Under the pieces are notes generated by a model, which made no database searches, was not told where the DNA came from, and saw only the letters and a program-made list of their open reading frames with translations. Source: Octopus vulgaris (lineage: Eukaryota). From it: a DNA stretch of 64,000 nt. A program made the translations under genes and the position numbers. The stretch lies in contig OX597824.1 in assembly GCA_951406725.2 (NCBI GenBank), positions 47,554,001 to 47,618,000 of the forward strand, written 5' to 3'. Below are positions 60,728 through 64,000 of the stretch, piece by piece; positions within the stretch are counted from its first letter, which is position 1; each line of letters opens with the position of its first letter.

Positions 60728-61065
60728 TGTCCATGCTGGCATGGGTTGGATGGTGTGATCAGAGCTTGCAAGCCAGAGTGCTGTATCAGACTCAGTCTGA
60801 TTTGGCATGGTTTCTATGGCTGGATACCCTTCCAAAAACCAACCACTTTACAAAGTATGCTGGATGCTTTTACGTGGTACCACACGGGTGTCTATACGTG
60901 ATATCACACAGGCGCTTTTACATGAAACCACAAGAGCACTTTTACGTGTCGCAGCACGAGCGCTTTTATGTGTTGCCACATGGGCACTTTTACGTGTTGC
61001 CGCATAGGCACTTTTACGTGACAATGCCATGAGTGCTTTACACAATCAGAAGGAAGGTCTTAACA
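60728..61065 (-). mobile_element. RTE-type 3' UTR fragment containing a ~24-bp tandem minisatellite (60865-61040)
   Basis: ccatgctggcatgggttgga...tggcatggtttctatggctggata, followed by about 7-8 units of cttttacgtg-N14. Confidence 0.7.
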
Positions 61066-61767
61066 CTTCTGCTGCAGGGTCTTCTTGAATATGGCCAGGC
61101 GCCAGGCGTCACACACACATATATACATATATATGACGAGCTTCTTTCAGTTTCCATCTACCAAATCCACTCACAAGGATTTGGTCGGCCCGGGGCTATA
61201 GTAGAAGATACTTGCCCAAGGTGCCAGACAGTGGGACTGATCTCGGAACTGTGTGGTTGGGAATCAAGCTTTATTAGAGATCGCCTATTTATACACCCCT
61301 ATCCCACCCGCTGACACATATTTCGCTTAGGTAGGGCGAGACAAAAACCTGGTGTAGAACTCAATATACTTTTTCTTCAGAATGAAGCATTAGTTGTTGA
61401 GTACAGAGCGGTAATAAGAAAATGAAACGACAAAGGAATAAACGATTATCTTATGAACATCATCTTACACACACACAATACGATCTGGGGATCCGAGTGT
61501 AGGAACTTTGTAAGCTTCAAGCAGTAAGCAGCTGATAAAAAAGTTAAGTGGATAGTATATGATAAGATACAATAACAATTTATTGACATTAGGAGTTACA
61601 CAGTGTTTCCATATTGAAGTGGCGAAGAAATTCGATGAGCTGATAGTTTCTATATAGCTCATTGTTAGCAAGTATTCCTACTAAAAATCCAGGTGTACAT
61701 ATGCATGTAGGTATGTTGGAGCAAACAGGAATAATTGAACTCAAAACATGAGAATATATATATTTTT

Positions 61768-61904
61768 ATTAATATTAGCAGAAGTAACAGAGTGACTCAA
61801 GGTCCGAAAGTTTAGTGCGTTAGCACTTATAATTAGTTTGATAAGTGCTTACTTCCGAAACTCTCGCACCTTGAATCACTCTGTTACTTTTGCTAAATAT
61901 TAAT
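61768..61904. repeat. ~137-bp foldback palindrome adjacent to (TA)n
   Basis: attaatattagcagaagtaacagagtgactcaaggt is the reverse complement of accttgaatcactctgttacttttgctaaatattaat. The inner agcacttat / ataagtgct also pairs. Confidence 0.85.
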
Positions 61905-62249
61905 ATATATATATATATACACAAATACATACACCTATACACACACATATATATACACATACATTTGTTTATCTAGATATGTGTGTGTGTGTGTGCGTAT
62001 GTAAATCATTCCACATATAGAAAGATGCGTATGCTATGACCGTGTGAACACTTATTACACACACACACTAGTTCACATGTAAAGCATCCACGATTGATGG
62101 AAATGTTTTATAGTACTAATATCGAACACATGAATGCAGATGCTACACTACTTGCAGTGTTATGATGGAACACACACACATACATCATATAAATATACAT
62201 ATATATAACTAATGCTACATAATGTATCATATACTTTCTGTTTAGACAT

Positions 62250-64000
<1,751 letters not shown>

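Noticed and set aside
60865-61040. CRISPR-like periodic repeat
   Set aside because: The 24-bp units have related variable parts, lie within an RTE 3' UTR, and have no cas genes nearby in a eukaryotic context.
61465-61671. Candidate first exon of HDHD5 (68-aa minus-strand ORF ending near a gtaag)
   Set aside because: The gtaag donor falls in phase 2 of this ORF, whereas the next exon needs phase 0, and there is no recognisable similarity.

Overview
This is AT-rich eukaryotic genomic DNA. The repeat families and very long (TA)n/(CA)n tracts suggest a coleoid cephalopod, probably Octopus (inference). One host gene is present: five minus-strand coding exons of an HDHD5/CECR5-type HAD-IIA hydrolase (39087 to 15102, 224 codons, all GT-AG, phases consistent). 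Its first and last exons were not found. The rest is transposon-dense, largely intronic DNA: a CR1-group LINE with an intact 1034-codon ORF2, a slightly decayed RTE LINE with a PHD-like finger, a DD37D/maT mariner, a hAT fragment, a non-autonomous Helitron, several tRNA-SINE families and many foldback elements. The most notable feature is a non-coding 583-bp unit bounded by two tandem minimal type-I hammerhead ribozyme motifs (retrozyme/Penelope-pLTR-like). It occurs twice because of a recent ~2.7-2.8-kb tandem duplication. Most long ORFs in the supplied track are microsatellite artefacts. All calls were made by eye, without database searches or folding software.
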